Shown here in pieces: positions 1 to 10,290 of a stretch of 64,000 nt of DNA. Location: the NCBI GenBank assembly GCA_021298435.1, contig JAJTFJ010000017.1, positions 5,561 through 69,560 of the forward strand, written 5' to 3'. Position 1 is the first letter of the stretch; each line of letters begins with the position of its first letter. The position numbers and the translations under genes were made by a program. The notes below the pieces were generated by a model. It saw only the letters and a program-made list of their open reading frames with translations. It ran no database searches and was not told the origin of the DNA. Origin of the DNA: Ilumatobacteraceae bacterium. Lineage in GTDB: Bacteria > Actinomycetota > Acidimicrobiia > Acidimicrobiales > Ilumatobacteraceae.

Positions 1-582
1 AACCGCACATGCCGCATTGCACTTCTTCATTACGAAGATGGTGTGAAGGCATACATCCTCGCGCCGAAGGGTCTCGAAGTTGGAATGCGTGTTGAGTCCG
101 GTCACGGTGCAGACATCAAGCCAGGCAACGCAATGCAATTGCGCTACATGCCTGTCGGTACTGTCGTGCACAACGTTGAACTTCGTCCTGGTCAGGGCGG
201 AAAGATTGGTCGTTCCGCAGGAATGGCAGTGCAGCTCGTCGCAAAAGATGGCGACTTCGCCACTTTGCGTTTGCCATCAACAGAAATGCGTCGCGTTCTA
301 CTCGACTGCCGCGCAACTGTCGGTGAAGTCGGAAACTCCGAACACGAACTCGTGAAGATTGGTAAGGCCGGTCGTAACCGTTGGAAGGGCGTTCGTCCTC
401 AAACTCGCGGTGTGGCTATGAACCCTGTCGACCACCCACTCGGTGGTGGTGAAGGTAAGACCTCCGGTGGACGTCCACCAGTGTCTCCTTGGGGCAAGCC
501 AGAAGGTCGTACGCGCAACAAAAACAAGCCGTCGCAGCAACTCATTGTTCGCCGTCGTCGTGCAGGAAAGGGACGGAGGTAA
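1..582 (+). CDS. rplB: 50S ribosomal protein L2, 5' end cut by window edge
   Basis: Frame 1 is open from nt 1 ([22 protein letters not shown]...). Contains the L2 motifs [29 protein letters not shown]. First gene of the conserved L2-S19-L22-S3 order. Confidence 0.95.
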   Translation, partial: NRTCRIALLHYEDGVKAYILAPKGLEVGMRVESGHGADIKPGNAMQLRYMPVGTVVHNVELRPGQGGKIGRSAGMAVQLVAKDGDFATLRLPSTEMRRVLLDCRATVGEVGNSEHELVKIGKAGRNRWKGVRPQTRGVAMNPVDHPLGGGEGKTSGGRPPVSPWGKPEGRTRNKNKPSQQLIVRRRRAGKGRR

Positions 583-585
583 CAC

Positions 586-864
586 ATGTCTCGCAGCCTC
601 AAAAAGGGTCCATTCATCGATGAGCACCTGCTCAAGAAAGTGGATGCCGCAAACGCAGCCGGCGATCGCAAGGTCATCAAGACCTGGTCACGCCGTTCAA
701 CAATTGTTCCCGACATGGTCGGTCACACCATTGCAGTACACGACGGTCGCAAGCACGTGCCCGTTTATGTCACTGAATCAATGGTCGGCCACAAGCTCGG
801 CGAGTTCTCACCTACCCGCACGTTCCGCTATCACGCCGGACAAGAGAAGAACGCGAAGAAGTAG
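586..864 (+). CDS. rpsS: 30S ribosomal protein S19
   Basis: [19 protein letters not shown]...[17 protein letters not shown] is canonical S19. Lies 3 nt after rplB. Confidence 0.97.
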   Translation: MSRSLKKGPFIDEHLLKKVDAANAAGDRKVIKTWSRRSTIVPDMVGHTIAVHDGRKHVPVYVTESMVGHKLGEFSPTRTFRYHAGQEKNAKK

Positions 865-866
865 TC

Positions 867-1412
867 ATGACCGGTCCAAAGCTCAATGAAGCAAACCGCG
901 TTGCCGGCTCGAAGAGTGGTAGTCGCGCAGTTGCGAAGTATCACCGTTCGTCCGCATCAAAAGTGCGCGTCGTTCTGAATCTCGTTCGCAACAAAGACGT
1001 TCGTAGTGCAGATGAAATTTTGCAGTTCACCGATCGTGAAGCAGCACGTGTTGTTCGCAAGGTTCTTGCATCAGCAGTTGCTAACGCAGTGAACAACGAT
1101 GAACTCGATGCAGACGAATTGTTCGTGAAGGCATGTTTCGCAGACGAGGGTCCAACCTTGAAGCGTTTCCGTCCTCGCGCAAAAGGTCGTGCAGGCAAGA
1201 TCAACAAGCGCACCTGCCACATCACTGTGATTGTCGACCGCATGGACGACTCACAGCTCGCAGTTCGCGAAGCAAAGACAATGGCTAAGGGTGCACCCAC
1301 AAGTAACCGTCGTGCACGTGTTGCTGCAAGCCGCAAGACAGTGGAAGAACCAACTGTTGAAGCTCCTGCAGATGACGCAACCGACACCGCAACCGAAGAG
1401 GCAGGCAACTGA
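867..1412 (+). CDS. rplV: 50S ribosomal protein L22 with an Ala/Glu/Thr-rich C-terminal tail
   Basis: L22 core ([27 protein letters not shown]...[10 protein letters not shown]) followed by an extra low-complexity tail. Position in the S10 operon fits. Confidence 0.95.
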   Translation: MTGPKLNEANRVAGSKSGSRAVAKYHRSSASKVRVVLNLVRNKDVRSADEILQFTDREAARVVRKVLASAVANAVNNDELDADELFVKACFADEGPTLKRFRPRAKGRAGKINKRTCHITVIVDRMDDSQLAVREAKTMAKGAPTSNRRARVAASRKTVEEPTVEAPADDATDTATEEAGN

Positions 1413-2308
1413 TGGGCCAGAAGATCAATCCATACGGCTTCCGTCTCGGAGTCACCACTGATTGGAAGAGCCGTTGGTTCTCCGAGCGTGAGTACAAGAA
1501 CTATCTCACCGAGGATTGGAAAATCCGTGAGTACCTCATGACAACTCTTGAAGACGCAGCAGTCAGCCGTGTTGAAGTAGAGCGCACACGTGACAAACTC
1601 CGCATCGACGTGCACACCGCACGTCCCGGAATTGTTATCGGTCGTAAAGGTGCAAAGGCAGACGAGCTTCGTGCTGGTCTTGCAAAGATCACCGGCAACA
1701 ACCGTTTGCAGCTCAACATTGTTGAAATCAAGCAAGCAGAACTCGACGCTGCTCTCATCGCACAAGGCGTTGCCGACCAGTTGGTCAACCGCATCGCATT
1801 CCGTCGTGCAATGAAGCGCGCTGTGCAGAACGCACAGAAGTTCGGCGCACTTGGTATCCGCGTTCAGTGTTCCGGTCGTTTGGGTGGCGCAGAAATGAGC
1901 CGCACCGAGTGGTACCGCGAAGGTCGCGTGCCCTTGCACACACTTCGTGCCGACATCGATTACGGATTCCGTGAAGCACGCACCAGCTCTGGTCGCGTTG
2001 GCGTCAAGGTGTGGCTGTACAAGGGCGACATCGTTCCGTACAAGACCACAACACAAGACAAGATTTCTCGCGAAGCAGCAATGGCTGTTGGCGATACATC
2101 TGGTTCCGTTATTACAGAGCAGCAGCAGTCACGCAAGGTTGTTTCTTCCGGTGGTCCTCGTGCCGCTGTCGATGCACCCGAAGCAGAGATTGCTCCACTC
2201 GTGAAGCCTGCAGATCCTGAGTTCGAGCGCTTGCTCGAAGAGGAAGAGGCAATCGAGGCTCGCATCCATGAGTCGCACGAGACTCCAAAGTTACGTGGAG
2301 AGGACTAA
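1412..2308 (+). CDS. rpsC: 30S ribosomal protein S3 with a long acidic C-terminal extension
   Basis: [23 protein letters not shown]...[31 protein letters not shown] is canonical S3. ATGA overlap with rplV. Confidence 0.96.
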   Translation: MGQKINPYGFRLGVTTDWKSRWFSEREYKNYLTEDWKIREYLMTTLEDAAVSRVEVERTRDKLRIDVHTARPGIVIGRKGAKADELRAGLAKITGNNRLQLNIVEIKQAELDAALIAQGVADQLVNRIAFRRAMKRAVQNAQKFGALGIRVQCSGRLGGAEMSRTEWYREGRVPLHTLRADIDYGFREARTSSGRVGVKVWLYKGDIVPYKTTTQDKISREAAMAVGDTSGSVITEQQQSRKVVSSGGPRAAVDAPEAEIAPLVKPADPEFERLLEEEEAIEARIHESHETPKLRGED

Positions 2309-2311
2309 CCC

Positions 2312-2728
2312 ATGTTGATGCCCCGTAAGGTCAAGCACCGCAAGCAACAGCGCGGTCGTATGACCGGAGTTTCTAAGGGTGGAAACGCACTCGCATTTGG
2401 CGAGTACGGCATCCAGGCCCTTGAACCCGGTTGGATCAGCGCACGTCAGATTGAAGCTGCTCGTATCGCAATGACCCGTCACATTAAGCGTGGCGGCAAA
2501 GTGTGGATCAACATCTTCCCTGACAAGCCAGTGACAAAGAAGCCTGCAGAAACCCGCATGGGTTCCGGCAAGGGCAACCCTGAATTCTGGGTTGCAGTTG
2601 TGAAGCCAGGTCGCATTCTTTTCGAACTTTCGTATCCATCACCGGAGATTGCAAAGGCCGCTCTTGAGCGCGCCGTGCAGAAGCTCCCAATCAAGGCTCG
2701 CGTCATTAGCCGCGACGAGCCGATCTGA
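2312..2728 (+). CDS. rplP: 50S ribosomal protein L16
   Basis: [17 protein letters not shown]...[45 protein letters not shown] is canonical L16. Confidence 0.97.
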   Translation: MLMPRKVKHRKQQRGRMTGVSKGGNALAFGEYGIQALEPGWISARQIEAARIAMTRHIKRGGKVWINIFPDKPVTKKPAETRMGSGKGNPEFWVAVVKPGRILFELSYPSPEIAKAALERAVQKLPIKARVISRDEPI

Positions 2729-2746
2729 TTCGAGAGGACCTAAGTA

Positions 2747-2965
2747 ATGGCACGTTCAATCTCTGACCTCCGCGACATGGATCTCGGCGCCCTCGTGGCC
2801 GAGCTCCGTGCATGCAAGCAGGAGGCCCTCAACCTGCGATTCCGCAACGCAACCGGCCAGCTCGACAAGCATGACGAGCTTCGCAAGGTGCGTCGCCAGA
2901 TCGCCCGCATCAATACCCTCATCCGTCAGCGCGAAATCGTCGCCGCTGAGGCAGCCGGGAAGTGA
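2747..2965 (+). CDS. rpmC: 50S ribosomal protein L29
   Basis: 72 aa (LRACKQEALNLRFRNATGQLDKHDELRKVRRQIARINT). Sits in the expected slot after L16. Confidence 0.93.
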   Translation: MARSISDLRDMDLGALVAELRACKQEALNLRFRNATGQLDKHDELRKVRRQIARINTLIRQREIVAAEAAGK

Positions 2966-2973
2966 GTAGTCAC

Positions 2974-3246
2974 ATGGCAGAAGAAATCACCAACGAGCGC
3001 AACGCACGCAAGATCCGCGAAGGATTGGTCGTCTCTAACAAGATGAACCAGACCGCAGTCATTGCAGTTGTCGAGCGCGTCCGTCACGCAAAGTACGACA
3101 AGTTCGTTCTTCGCACAAAGAAGCTCTATGCCCACGACGCAGCCAACGATGTAAACATCGGCGACCGCGTTCGTGTTATGGAAATCCGCCCGATGTCAAA
3201 GCTCAAGCGCTGGCGCATCGTTGAAATTCTGGAGCGTGCAAAGTGA
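2974..3246 (+). CDS. rpsQ: 30S ribosomal protein S17
   Basis: [44 protein letters not shown] is canonical S17. ATG at 2974 preferred; an in-frame GTG at 2962 overlapping the rpmC stop is the alternative start. Confidence 0.9.
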   Translation: MAEEITNERNARKIREGLVVSNKMNQTAVIAVVERVRHAKYDKFVLRTKKLYAHDAANDVNIGDRVRVMEIRPMSKLKRWRIVEILERAK

Positions 3247-3611
3247 TCCAGCAAGAATCGCGTCTTCGCGTAGCCGACAACAGCGGCGCAAAAGAAGTAC
3301 TCGTCATCAAGGTGCTCGGTGGTACACGCCGTCGTTACGCATCGATTGGTGACGTCTTCATTGCAACAGTCAAGGATGCAATTCCTGGTGCTGCTGTGAA
3401 GAAGGGTGAAGTCGTTCGTTGCGTCGTCGTTCGCGTCAAGAAGGAAAAGCGTCGTCCCGACGGCAGCTACATCCGCTTCGACGAGAACGCAGCAGTTCTT
3501 ATCAAGGAAGACCTCACGCCTCGCGGCACCCGCATCTTCGGACCAGTGGGACGCGAATTGCGTGACAAGAAGTTCATGCGAATTGTTTCGCTTGCACCGG
3601 AGGTGCTCTAA
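3243..3611 (+). CDS. rplN: 50S ribosomal protein L14
   Basis: GTG start. [27 protein letters not shown] is canonical L14. Confidence 0.97.
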   Translation: MIQQESRLRVADNSGAKEVLVIKVLGGTRRRYASIGDVFIATVKDAIPGAAVKKGEVVRCVVVRVKKEKRRPDGSYIRFDENAAVLIKEDLTPRGTRIFGPVGRELRDKKFMRIVSLAPEVL

Positions 3612-3614
3612 ACC

Positions 3615-3917
3615 ATGAAGTTCAAGAAGGGCGACACCGTCCAGATCATCGCAGGTAAAGAAGCCGGTTCCCAGGGCGAAATCATTCGTGTGATGCCTAA
3701 GGAAAACAAGGTCGTGATTGAAGGTCGCAACATTGCGAAGCGTCACACCAAGGCAACTAGCCAAAACCAAAAGGCCGACATCATCGAGAAGCCAATGCCA
3801 ATGGATGCATCCAACGTGATGCTCGTTGTCAAGGGCAAGCCAACTCGCGTCGGTTACAAAGTCAACGCCGACGGCACGAAGGTGCGCGTCGCGAAGAAGA
3901 CAGGAGAGGAAGTCTGA
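3615..3917 (+). CDS. rplX: 50S ribosomal protein L24
   Basis: [26 protein letters not shown] (KOW motif). Position after L14. Confidence 0.95.
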   Translation: MKFKKGDTVQIIAGKEAGSQGEIIRVMPKENKVVIEGRNIAKRHTKATSQNQKADIIEKPMPMDASNVMLVVKGKPTRVGYKVNADGTKVRVAKKTGEEV

Positions 3918-4546
3918 TGGCAACCACCACAGCTCCACGCCTCAAGGCTCGTTACGACGCCGAAGTGAAGCAGGCTCTGCTTGCTCAGCTTGGTCTCGAA
4001 AACGTGATGCAGGTTCCCAAGCTCGAGAAGATCGTGATCAACATGGGTGTTGGCCGCGCAACACAGCAGCCGTCGCTGCTCGATAGCGCAGTTGCTGACC
4101 TCACAGTGATCTCCGGTCAGAAGCCAATCGTGACGAAGTCTCGTGACTCCATCGCCGGCTTCAAGCTTCGCGAAAACCAAGCAATTGGTTGCAAGGTCAC
4201 ACTTCGTGGTGACCGCATGTGGGAATTCTTCGACCGCCTTTTGGCAATCGCAATCCCACGTATCCGCGACTTCCGTGGTCTTCCCGCACATTCGTGGGAC
4301 GGTCGTGGCAACTACACGTTTGGTCTCTCAGAGCAGACAGTGTTCCCAGAAATTGATTACGACAAGATCGACACCCCTCAGGGCATGGACATCACCATCG
4401 TGACAACAGCAAGCAGCGACGCAGAAGGCCGTGCCCTTCTCGATGCATTCGGTTTTCCCTTCAAGCGCGGCAACGAGGGTGGACCTCCTGCACGTAAGAA
4501 GCCAAAGTCACGTGGCCCAGTCCGCGGCGGCAAGAAGAAGAAGTAG
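3917..4546 (+). CDS. rplE: 50S ribosomal protein L5 with a Lys/Arg-rich C-terminal tail
   Basis: [39 protein letters not shown] is canonical L5. Tail reads ...[20 protein letters not shown]. Confidence 0.95.
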   Translation: MATTTAPRLKARYDAEVKQALLAQLGLENVMQVPKLEKIVINMGVGRATQQPSLLDSAVADLTVISGQKPIVTKSRDSIAGFKLRENQAIGCKVTLRGDRMWEFFDRLLAIAIPRIRDFRGLPAHSWDGRGNYTFGLSEQTVFPEIDYDKIDTPQGMDITIVTTASSDAEGRALLDAFGFPFKRGNEGGPPARKKPKSRGPVRGGKKKK

Positions 4547-4556
4547 GTAGAGGACA

Positions 4557-4742
4557 ATGGCAAAGAAGTCTCTCATTATCAAGGCAAACGCAAAGCCGAA
4601 GTTCAAGGTGCGCGCGTACACACGCTGCACCAAGTGCGGTCGTGCTCGTTCGGTATACCGCAAGTTCGGTTTGTGCCGTGTCTGTTTCCGTGAAATGGCT
4701 CATGCGGGTGAAATTCCTGGCGTGACCAAGGCGAGTTGGTAG
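4557..4742 (+). CDS. rpsN: 30S ribosomal protein S14, type Z (zinc-binding, 61 aa)
   Basis: 61 aa with [23 protein letters not shown] (two CxxC pairs). Lies between L5 and S8. Confidence 0.95.
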   Translation: MAKKSLIIKANAKPKFKVRAYTRCTKCGRARSVYRKFGLCRVCFREMAHAGEIPGVTKASW

Positions 4743-4751
4743 GTACAACAA

Positions 4752-5153
4752 ATGATGACTGATCCCATCGCCGACATGCTCACACGCATCCGTAACGCGA
4801 ACGTCGCGTTGAAGGAAAACGTTGTGATGCCATCGTCGAAGCAAAAAGTTGCTTTGGCTGAGATCCTGAAGAAGGAGGGCTACATCGCTGATTTCTCAGT
4901 GGCGCCATCCGTCAAGGGTCCAGGCAACCAGCTCACCGTTCAAATGAAGTACTCGAACGATCGTCACCGCACCATCAGTGGTTTGACACGTATCTCAACA
5001 CCAGGTCTTCGTGTGTATCGCAACTCAAAGGAAGTCCCACGCGTGTTGGGCGGCCTCGGCGTTGCAGTTCTGTCCACCAGCCAAGGTCTTATGACCGACC
5101 GTGAAGCGCGTAAGCGCAAGGTCGGCGGCGAAGTCCTGTGCTTCGTGTGGTGA
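4752..5153 (+). CDS. rpsH: 30S ribosomal protein S8
   Basis: [22 protein letters not shown] is canonical S8. Confidence 0.96.
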   Translation: MMTDPIADMLTRIRNANVALKENVVMPSSKQKVALAEILKKEGYIADFSVAPSVKGPGNQLTVQMKYSNDRHRTISGLTRISTPGLRVYRNSKEVPRVLGGLGVAVLSTSQGLMTDREARKRKVGGEVLCFVW

Positions 5154-5178
5154 CCCCGGGACGAAAGTAGGAAACGAA

Positions 5179-5718
5179 ATGTCACGTATCGGCAAAGCCC
5201 CCATCGCAATTCCATCAGGAGTTGACATCACCATCACCGGTCAGCACGTCACTGTGAAAGGTCCTAAGGGAACTCTTTCGCGCGTCATCCCTGGTGAGAT
5301 CATTGTTCGTCAAGAAGACGCCACTCTTTTCGTAGAGCGTCCAAACGACGAGCGTCAGAATCGTTCATTGCATGGTCTGTGTCGCACACTTGTGAGCAAC
5401 ATGGTCATCGGTGTCACTGATGGTTTTTCTAAGGAACTTGAAATTGTTGGCGTTGGTTACCGCGCTGAAGCACAAGGTGCAAACCTTCGCCTCGCACTCG
5501 GTTTCTCACACCCAGTCAATGTTCCTGCACCAGACGGCATCACTTTCGAAATCCCAGTGCAGACTCGCATCATCATTAAGGGAATCGACAAGGAACTCGT
5601 CGGTCAAGTAGCAGCAAACATTCGCAGCATCCGCAAGCCAGAGCCATACAAGGGCAAGGGCGTGCGTTATGCAGGCGAGCGCATTCTTCGTAAGGCCGGC
5701 AAGACCGGCAAGAAGTGA
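5179..5718 (+). CDS. rplF: 50S ribosomal protein L6
   Basis: [31 protein letters not shown] is the canonical L6 N-terminus. ATG at 5179 follows GGAAACGAA. The ORF-track start at 5101 would overlap rpsH. Confidence 0.95.
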   Translation: MSRIGKAPIAIPSGVDITITGQHVTVKGPKGTLSRVIPGEIIVRQEDATLFVERPNDERQNRSLHGLCRTLVSNMVIGVTDGFSKELEIVGVGYRAEAQGANLRLALGFSHPVNVPAPDGITFEIPVQTRIIIKGIDKELVGQVAANIRSIRKPEPYKGKGVRYAGERILRKAGKTGKK

Positions 5719-5739
5719 TTCGGTAGCAAAGGTTTCACC

Positions 5740-6105
5740 ATGGCAAACATCGCAAGAATCCGTCGCGAATCGCGACTCCGCCGCCACCGTCGCGTGCGTA
5801 AGAAAATCCACGGCACAGCAGAACGTCCACGTCTTGCTGTTCACCGTACAAACAAGCATTTCAACATGCAGCTCATCGACGATGATCTCGGCCACACAAT
5901 TGCCGCAGCATCATCAGTTGAAACCGACATGCGTAGCACCAGTGGTGCAACCGTTTCGGCAGCGACAAAAGTTGGTGCACTAATCGCACAGCGCGCTAAG
6001 GCAGCCGGCGTCTCCACGGTCGTGTTCGACCGCGGTGGCTTCGCCTACCACGGCCGCGTTGCCGCTGCGGCAGAAGCCGCCCGTGAAGCAGGACTGGAAT
6101 TCTGA
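5740..6105 (+). CDS. rplR: 50S ribosomal protein L18
   Basis: [35 protein letters not shown]...[26 protein letters not shown] is canonical L18. Confidence 0.96.
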   Translation: MANIARIRRESRLRRHRRVRKKIHGTAERPRLAVHRTNKHFNMQLIDDDLGHTIAAASSVETDMRSTSGATVSAATKVGALIAQRAKAAGVSTVVFDRGGFAYHGRVAAAAEAAREAGLEF

Positions 6106-6692
6106 TGAGCAATTTCAATAACTCGTTCGCAAACGCGACACCAACTGAGCCAGGCGCACTTCGTGAGTCGCGCGTCATTCACATCAACCGCGTTGCAAAG
6201 GTTGTGAAGGGTGGACGTCGTTTCTCCTTCACCGCACTTGTTGTTGTTGGTGATGGCAATGGTCGCGTTGGTCTTGGTTACGGAAAGGCAAAGGAAGTTC
6301 CTTTGGCAATCCAAAAGGGAACCGAAGAAGCAAAGCGCAACTTGTTTGACGTTGCTCTTGCAGGTTCCACTGTTACTCACCCGATCCTCGGAATCTCCGG
6401 TGCAGGTCGCGTGCTCTTGAAGCCCGCATCTCCTGGTACTGGCGTTATCGCCGGTGGTGCAGCTCGCATCATTCTTGAAGAAGCTGGCGTTCACGACGTG
6501 TTGGCTAAGTCACTTGGTTCAGCAAATGCAATCAACGTTGCACGCGCGACAATCGAAGGTCTTCGTCAATTGCAGCGTCCTGATGAAGTAGCAAAGCGTC
6601 GCGGCATTCCCGCCGAGTCATTTGTTCCTAAGGGAATGCTCAAGGCATACACCGATCGCAAGAATGCGATTGCTGCTGGAGAGGCTCACTAA
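6105..6692 (+). CDS. rpsE: 30S ribosomal protein S5
   Basis: [46 protein letters not shown] is canonical S5. ATGA overlap with rplR. Confidence 0.96.
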   Translation: MSNFNNSFANATPTEPGALRESRVIHINRVAKVVKGGRRFSFTALVVVGDGNGRVGLGYGKAKEVPLAIQKGTEEAKRNLFDVALAGSTVTHPILGISGAGRVLLKPASPGTGVIAGGAARIILEEAGVHDVLAKSLGSANAINVARATIEGLRQLQRPDEVAKRRGIPAESFVPKGMLKAYTDRKNAIAAGEAH

Positions 6693-6694
6693 TC

Positions 6695-6883
6695 ATGGCT
6701 GAGAAGACAATCACCGTCACCCTCAAGCGTTCAAAGATTGGCTCCAAGCCAAAGACACGCGGAACACTTCGCGCACTTGGCTTGAGCAAAATTGGCGATA
6801 CCAATACCGTTCCCGACCGTCCGGAAATTCGCGGCATGATTGCTCGCGTTCCTCACTTGATTGAAGTTCAGGAGAACAACTGA
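6695..6883 (+). CDS. rpmD: 50S ribosomal protein L30
   Basis: 62 aa (ITVTLKRSKIGSKPKTRGTLRALGLSKIGDT), canonical L30. Confidence 0.94.
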   Translation: MAEKTITVTLKRSKIGSKPKTRGTLRALGLSKIGDTNTVPDRPEIRGMIARVPHLIEVQENN

Positions 6884-6885
6884 TC

Positions 6886-7377
6886 ATGCGCGTAGATGAA
6901 CTCGCACCAGCACCAGGAAGTGCCCACCGCGCCAAGCGCAAGGGTCGTGGTACAGGCGGTAAGGGCGGTAAGACCGCCGGCCGTGGTACCAAGGGTCAGC
7001 AGTCCCGTGGACGCGGCAAGGTTGCACGCGGCTTCGAAGGTGGACAGATGCCACTCAAGCAGCGCGTACCAAAGCTCAAGGGATTCAATAACCCCTTCCG
7101 TGTTGAGTACTACGCCGTCAACCTCGATTCTCTTCAGGAATTGGGAATGAGTGAAGTCACTCCAGAAATCCTCGTTGCAAAGGGTGTTGCTCACAAGGGA
7201 ACACTCGTGAAGGTTCTTGGCCGCGGAGAAATTTCCGTTGCTGTCAAAGTCTCTGCCCACGGAGTATCAAAGAGCGCCGAGAAGGCAATCCTTGCTGCTG
7301 GTGGATCTGTGACCATCCTTCCGTTGCCACACAAGATTCGTCCTCCGGCGAACGGCAACCAGTTCACCAACCGATAA
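6886..7377 (+). CDS. rplO: 50S ribosomal protein L15
   Basis: RKGRGTGGKGGKTAGRGTKGQQSRG...GGQMPLKQRVPKLKGF is canonical L15. Confidence 0.95.
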   Translation: MRVDELAPAPGSAHRAKRKGRGTGGKGGKTAGRGTKGQQSRGRGKVARGFEGGQMPLKQRVPKLKGFNNPFRVEYYAVNLDSLQELGMSEVTPEILVAKGVAHKGTLVKVLGRGEISVAVKVSAHGVSKSAEKAILAAGGSVTILPLPHKIRPPANGNQFTNR

Positions 7378-7421
7378 CCCGCGTCGCGCTGTATTAGCTC
7401 GACTGGGACAAGGAGTCACAC

Positions 7422-8741
7422 GTGTTCGCGAACTTGAAAAACATTTTCAAGGTAGAAGATCTGCGCAAGAAGGTGTTCTTCACTTTCTTGATGATCATGG
7501 TGTACCGCTTCGGTACTGCATTGCGCGTTCCCGGCGTTGACGCTGGTGCTGTTGCACAACTTCGTGAAGCATCAAAGTCCCAAGGTGCTCTTGGGTTCTT
7601 GAACTTGTTCTCAGGTGGAGCGTTCGGTTCGTTCTCGATTTTCGCTCTCGGCATCATGCCGTACATCACGGCCAGCATCATCATGCAAGTGCTCAATGTT
7701 GTTATTCCTAAATTGCAGGAATGGCAAGAGATGGGTGCTGTTGGTCAGCGCAAGATCACACAGTGGACTCGTTACGTAGCGATTGCAATTGCATTCTTGC
7801 AAGGTTCCGGTTTGACGTTCATCTTTGGTCAAGGAAATGGCAGTGCATTCTTGGGTGCAGCAGCTCAGGCTCCTGACGTCGTATTGCTTGATCCGTTTAT
7901 GCCGCGCGCATTGTTGGTGATTCCAACTCTCGTTGCAGGTACTGCATTCTTGATGTGGGTCGGTGAACTCATCAGTCAGCGCGGCATTTCAAACGGTATG
8001 TCGGTCTTGATTTTCGCCTCCATCGTTTCTGGTTTGCCCTACAGCTATTACTCAATCTTGCAAAGCAAGAAGTTCTTCGTCTTCGCACTGTTAGTAGCGG
8101 TTTCATTGGGCATTCTTGCTGCGGTTGTGCGAGTAGAACTCGGACAGCGGCGTATTCCGGTGCAGTTTGCGAAACGTGTGGTCGGTCGTCGTATGACGGG
8201 TGGTCAGAGCACGTACATTCCATTGAAGGTCAACCAGGCCGGCGTTGTGCCCATCATTTTCGCTTCGTCTGTTCTGTTGCTTCCTGTGTTGTTGTCCAAC
8301 ATGTTGGGAAGTGCAGTCGGTTGGCGCGGTTCCATTGCAAGCTTTGTGAATGACTACTTGGTGAACAGCCAGAACATCATTTACATCGCATCGTTCTTCT
8401 TGTTGATCATCGCGTTTGCGTATTTCTACAACTCCATTGCTTTCGACCCAATTCGTCAAGCTGATCAGCTGCGCCAACAGGGTGGTTTCATTCCCGGAAT
8501 TCGTCCCGGACCACAAACAGAGCGCTACTTGGCTCGTGCGGTGAACCGCATCACGTTGCCTGGTGCTGTGTTCGTCGGAACGATTGCAATTCTTCCGTAC
8601 ATCATCTTGTGGGTGGGTGACGTCCAGTCATTCCCATTCGCAGGCACCACAGTTTTGATCGCTGTAGGCGTTGCACTTGAATTGATGCGTCAGATCGACA
8701 GTCAACTCATGTTGCGTAACTACGAGGGCTTCTTGAAGTGA
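7422..8741 (+). CDS. secY: Preprotein translocase subunit SecY
   Basis: GTG start, 439 aa, polytopic. Motifs LGIMPYITASIIMQVL, QRKITQWTRY and GGFIPGIRPG. Position after rplO. Confidence 0.96.
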   Translation: MFANLKNIFKVEDLRKKVFFTFLMIMVYRFGTALRVPGVDAGAVAQLREASKSQGALGFLNLFSGGAFGSFSIFALGIMPYITASIIMQVLNVVIPKLQEWQEMGAVGQRKITQWTRYVAIAIAFLQGSGLTFIFGQGNGSAFLGAAAQAPDVVLLDPFMPRALLVIPTLVAGTAFLMWVGELISQRGISNGMSVLIFASIVSGLPYSYYSILQSKKFFVFALLVAVSLGILAAVVRVELGQRRIPVQFAKRVVGRRMTGGQSTYIPLKVNQAGVVPIIFASSVLLLPVLLSNMLGSAVGWRGSIASFVNDYLVNSQNIIYIASFFLLIIAFAYFYNSIAFDPIRQADQLRQQGGFIPGIRPGPQTERYLARAVNRITLPGAVFVGTIAILPYIILWVGDVQSFPFAGTTVLIAVGVALELMRQIDSQLMLRNYEGFLK

Positions 8742-8775
8742 TCCGTCCTCTGGGAACGGATTACTAGGTCAGTAC

Positions 8776-9432
8776 ATGAACTCCGGTGCACGGTTAGTTC
8801 TGTTGGGGCGTCAAGGCGCGGGGAAGGGTACGCAGTGCGTCCGTTTGTCCCGCCACTTCGTTGTGCCCCACATCTCCACCGGAGACATGCTGCGTGCTGC
8901 CGTCCGTGAAGGAACTGAGCTGGGGCTGATGGCCAAGGCTGTGATCGATGCCGGCAACCTCGTGGGCGACGACATCATGATCGGACTCGTGGCAGAACGG
9001 ATCCAGGCCGATGATGCCCGCGACCGTGGCTACATCCTTGACGGCTTCCCCCGCACGGTGGCCCAGGCAGTGTCTTTGGATGAAATCACCGCTTCCCACC
9101 CTCTTGACGTCGTGGTCGACCTCGTGGTGCCCCGTGACCTCGTCCTTTCTCGTCTTTCTGCCCGCCGCGTCTGTCGCGACTGCGGCGCCAACTTCCAGGC
9201 CACTGGCACCGAGCCCAGCCCCTGGACCTGTGAAAACTGTGGGGGAGACGTTGTCCAGCGCGATGACGACACCCCCGACGCCATCAACAAGCGTCTTGAT
9301 CTCTACGAGACCCAGACCCAGCCCCTCATTGATTTCTATGGGGAATCTGGCCGTCTCGCCCAAATCGACGGGGTGGGTAGCCCCGACGAAGTGTTCGCCC
9401 GACTGACCAAGGCGGTCGAACAAAGGCTCTAA
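8776..9432 (+). CDS. adk: Adenylate kinase (zinc-lid type)
   Basis: P-loop [11 protein letters not shown] and lid CRDCGANF...CENCGG. Codon usage is visibly different from the flanking genes (see findings). Confidence 0.95.
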   Translation: MNSGARLVLLGRQGAGKGTQCVRLSRHFVVPHISTGDMLRAAVREGTELGLMAKAVIDAGNLVGDDIMIGLVAERIQADDARDRGYILDGFPRTVAQAVSLDEITASHPLDVVVDLVVPRDLVLSRLSARRVCRDCGANFQATGTEPSPWTCENCGGDVVQRDDDTPDAINKRLDLYETQTQPLIDFYGESGRLAQIDGVGSPDEVFARLTKAVEQRL

Positions 9433-9508
9433 GTACTACTTGGTGCTTAGGAAATGCGCCGATAGCATTGCTACTCGCCCCTATTGCAGGTCTGCTATTG
9501 GGGGCAAC

Positions 9509-9760
9509 ATGTCCCAACAATTTAAGGAGGCCATCCTGGCCAAGCCAAAGGAAGATGCGATCGTGCTGGAAGGCACGATTCTTGAATCCCTACCGAACGC
9601 AATGTTCCGTGTGGAGTTAGAGAATGGACACAAAGTGTTAGCGCATATCTCCGGAAAAATGCGCATGCACTACATCCGCATTCTTCCTGGTGACAAGGTT
9701 CAGGTTGAGCTGACTCCATACGACCTCACCCGCGGTCGTATCACATACCGCTTCAAGTGA
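9509..9760 (+). CDS. infA: Translation initiation factor IF-1
   Basis: [56 protein letters not shown] is canonical IF-1. The first ATG is at 9509, but an AAGGAGG at 9524-9530 suggests the real start is the in-frame CTG at 9536 (or the ATC at 9533). Confidence 0.9.
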   Translation: MSQQFKEAILAKPKEDAIVLEGTILESLPNAMFRVELENGHKVLAHISGKMRMHYIRILPGDKVQVELTPYDLTRGRITYRFK

Positions 9761-9767
9761 GAACGCA

Positions 9768-9881
9768 ATGAAAGTACGCCCGAGCGTCAAAAAAATCTGT
9801 GAGAAGTGCAAGATCATCCGTCGTCACGGGCGTGTGATGGTGATCTGCGAAAACCCCCGGCACAAGCAGCGCCAGGGCTAA
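9768..9881 (+). CDS. rpmJ: 50S ribosomal protein L36 (zinc-ribbon type)
   Basis: Hand-translated; below the ORF-track size cutoff. [37 protein letters not shown], 37 aa, lying between infA and rpsM. Confidence 0.93.
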   Translation: MKVRPSVKKICEKCKIIRRHGRVMVICENPRHKQRQG

Positions 9882-9908
9882 GAAAGTCAACGAAGGAAAC
9901 GTAACAAC

Positions 9909-10286
9909 ATGGCACGTATTGCTGGAGTCGACATCCCACGCGAAAAGCGTTTGGTGATCTCGTTGACATACATATTTGGTATCGGAAGTTCAACAGCACA
10001 GAAGATCTGTGTTGCCGCTGGACTCAATGAGAGCACTCGCGTTCGCGACCTCACCGAGGATGAAATCAACCGCATCCGCGCGTGGGTAGAGGCAAACATC
10101 ACCGTTGAAGGTGACCTCCGCCGCGATGTCCAACAGGACATCAAGCGCAAGATCGAAATCGGATGCCTCCAAGGCGTTCGTCATCGCAAGGGTCTTCCCG
10201 TTCGTGGTCAGCGCACGCACACAAATGCGCGCACACGTAAGGGACCAAAGAAGACCGTTGCAAACAAGAAGAAGGCAGTGAGGTAG
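9909..10286 (+). CDS. rpsM: 30S ribosomal protein S13
   Basis: [26 protein letters not shown] is canonical S13. Confidence 0.97.
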   Translation: MARIAGVDIPREKRLVISLTYIFGIGSSTAQKICVAAGLNESTRVRDLTEDEINRIRAWVEANITVEGDLRRDVQQDIKRKIEIGCLQGVRHRKGLPVRGQRTHTNARTRKGPKKTVANKKKAVR

Positions 10287-10290
10287 AACC

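Noticed and set aside
941-2056. 371-aa minus-strand ORF, and similar long antisense ORFs (3126..3938, 22462..23559, 26610..27380, 27413..28480, 44982..45797, 49201..49890, 52349..53158, 55801..56559, 57697..58389)
   Set aside because: All lie antisense to, or out of frame within, strongly conserved genes (rplV/rpsC, r-proteins, tsaB/rimI, groEL, P450, sucC, purH, mdh, DedA). Their products are low-complexity with no recognisable motifs. They are shadow ORFs typical of GC-biased coding DNA.
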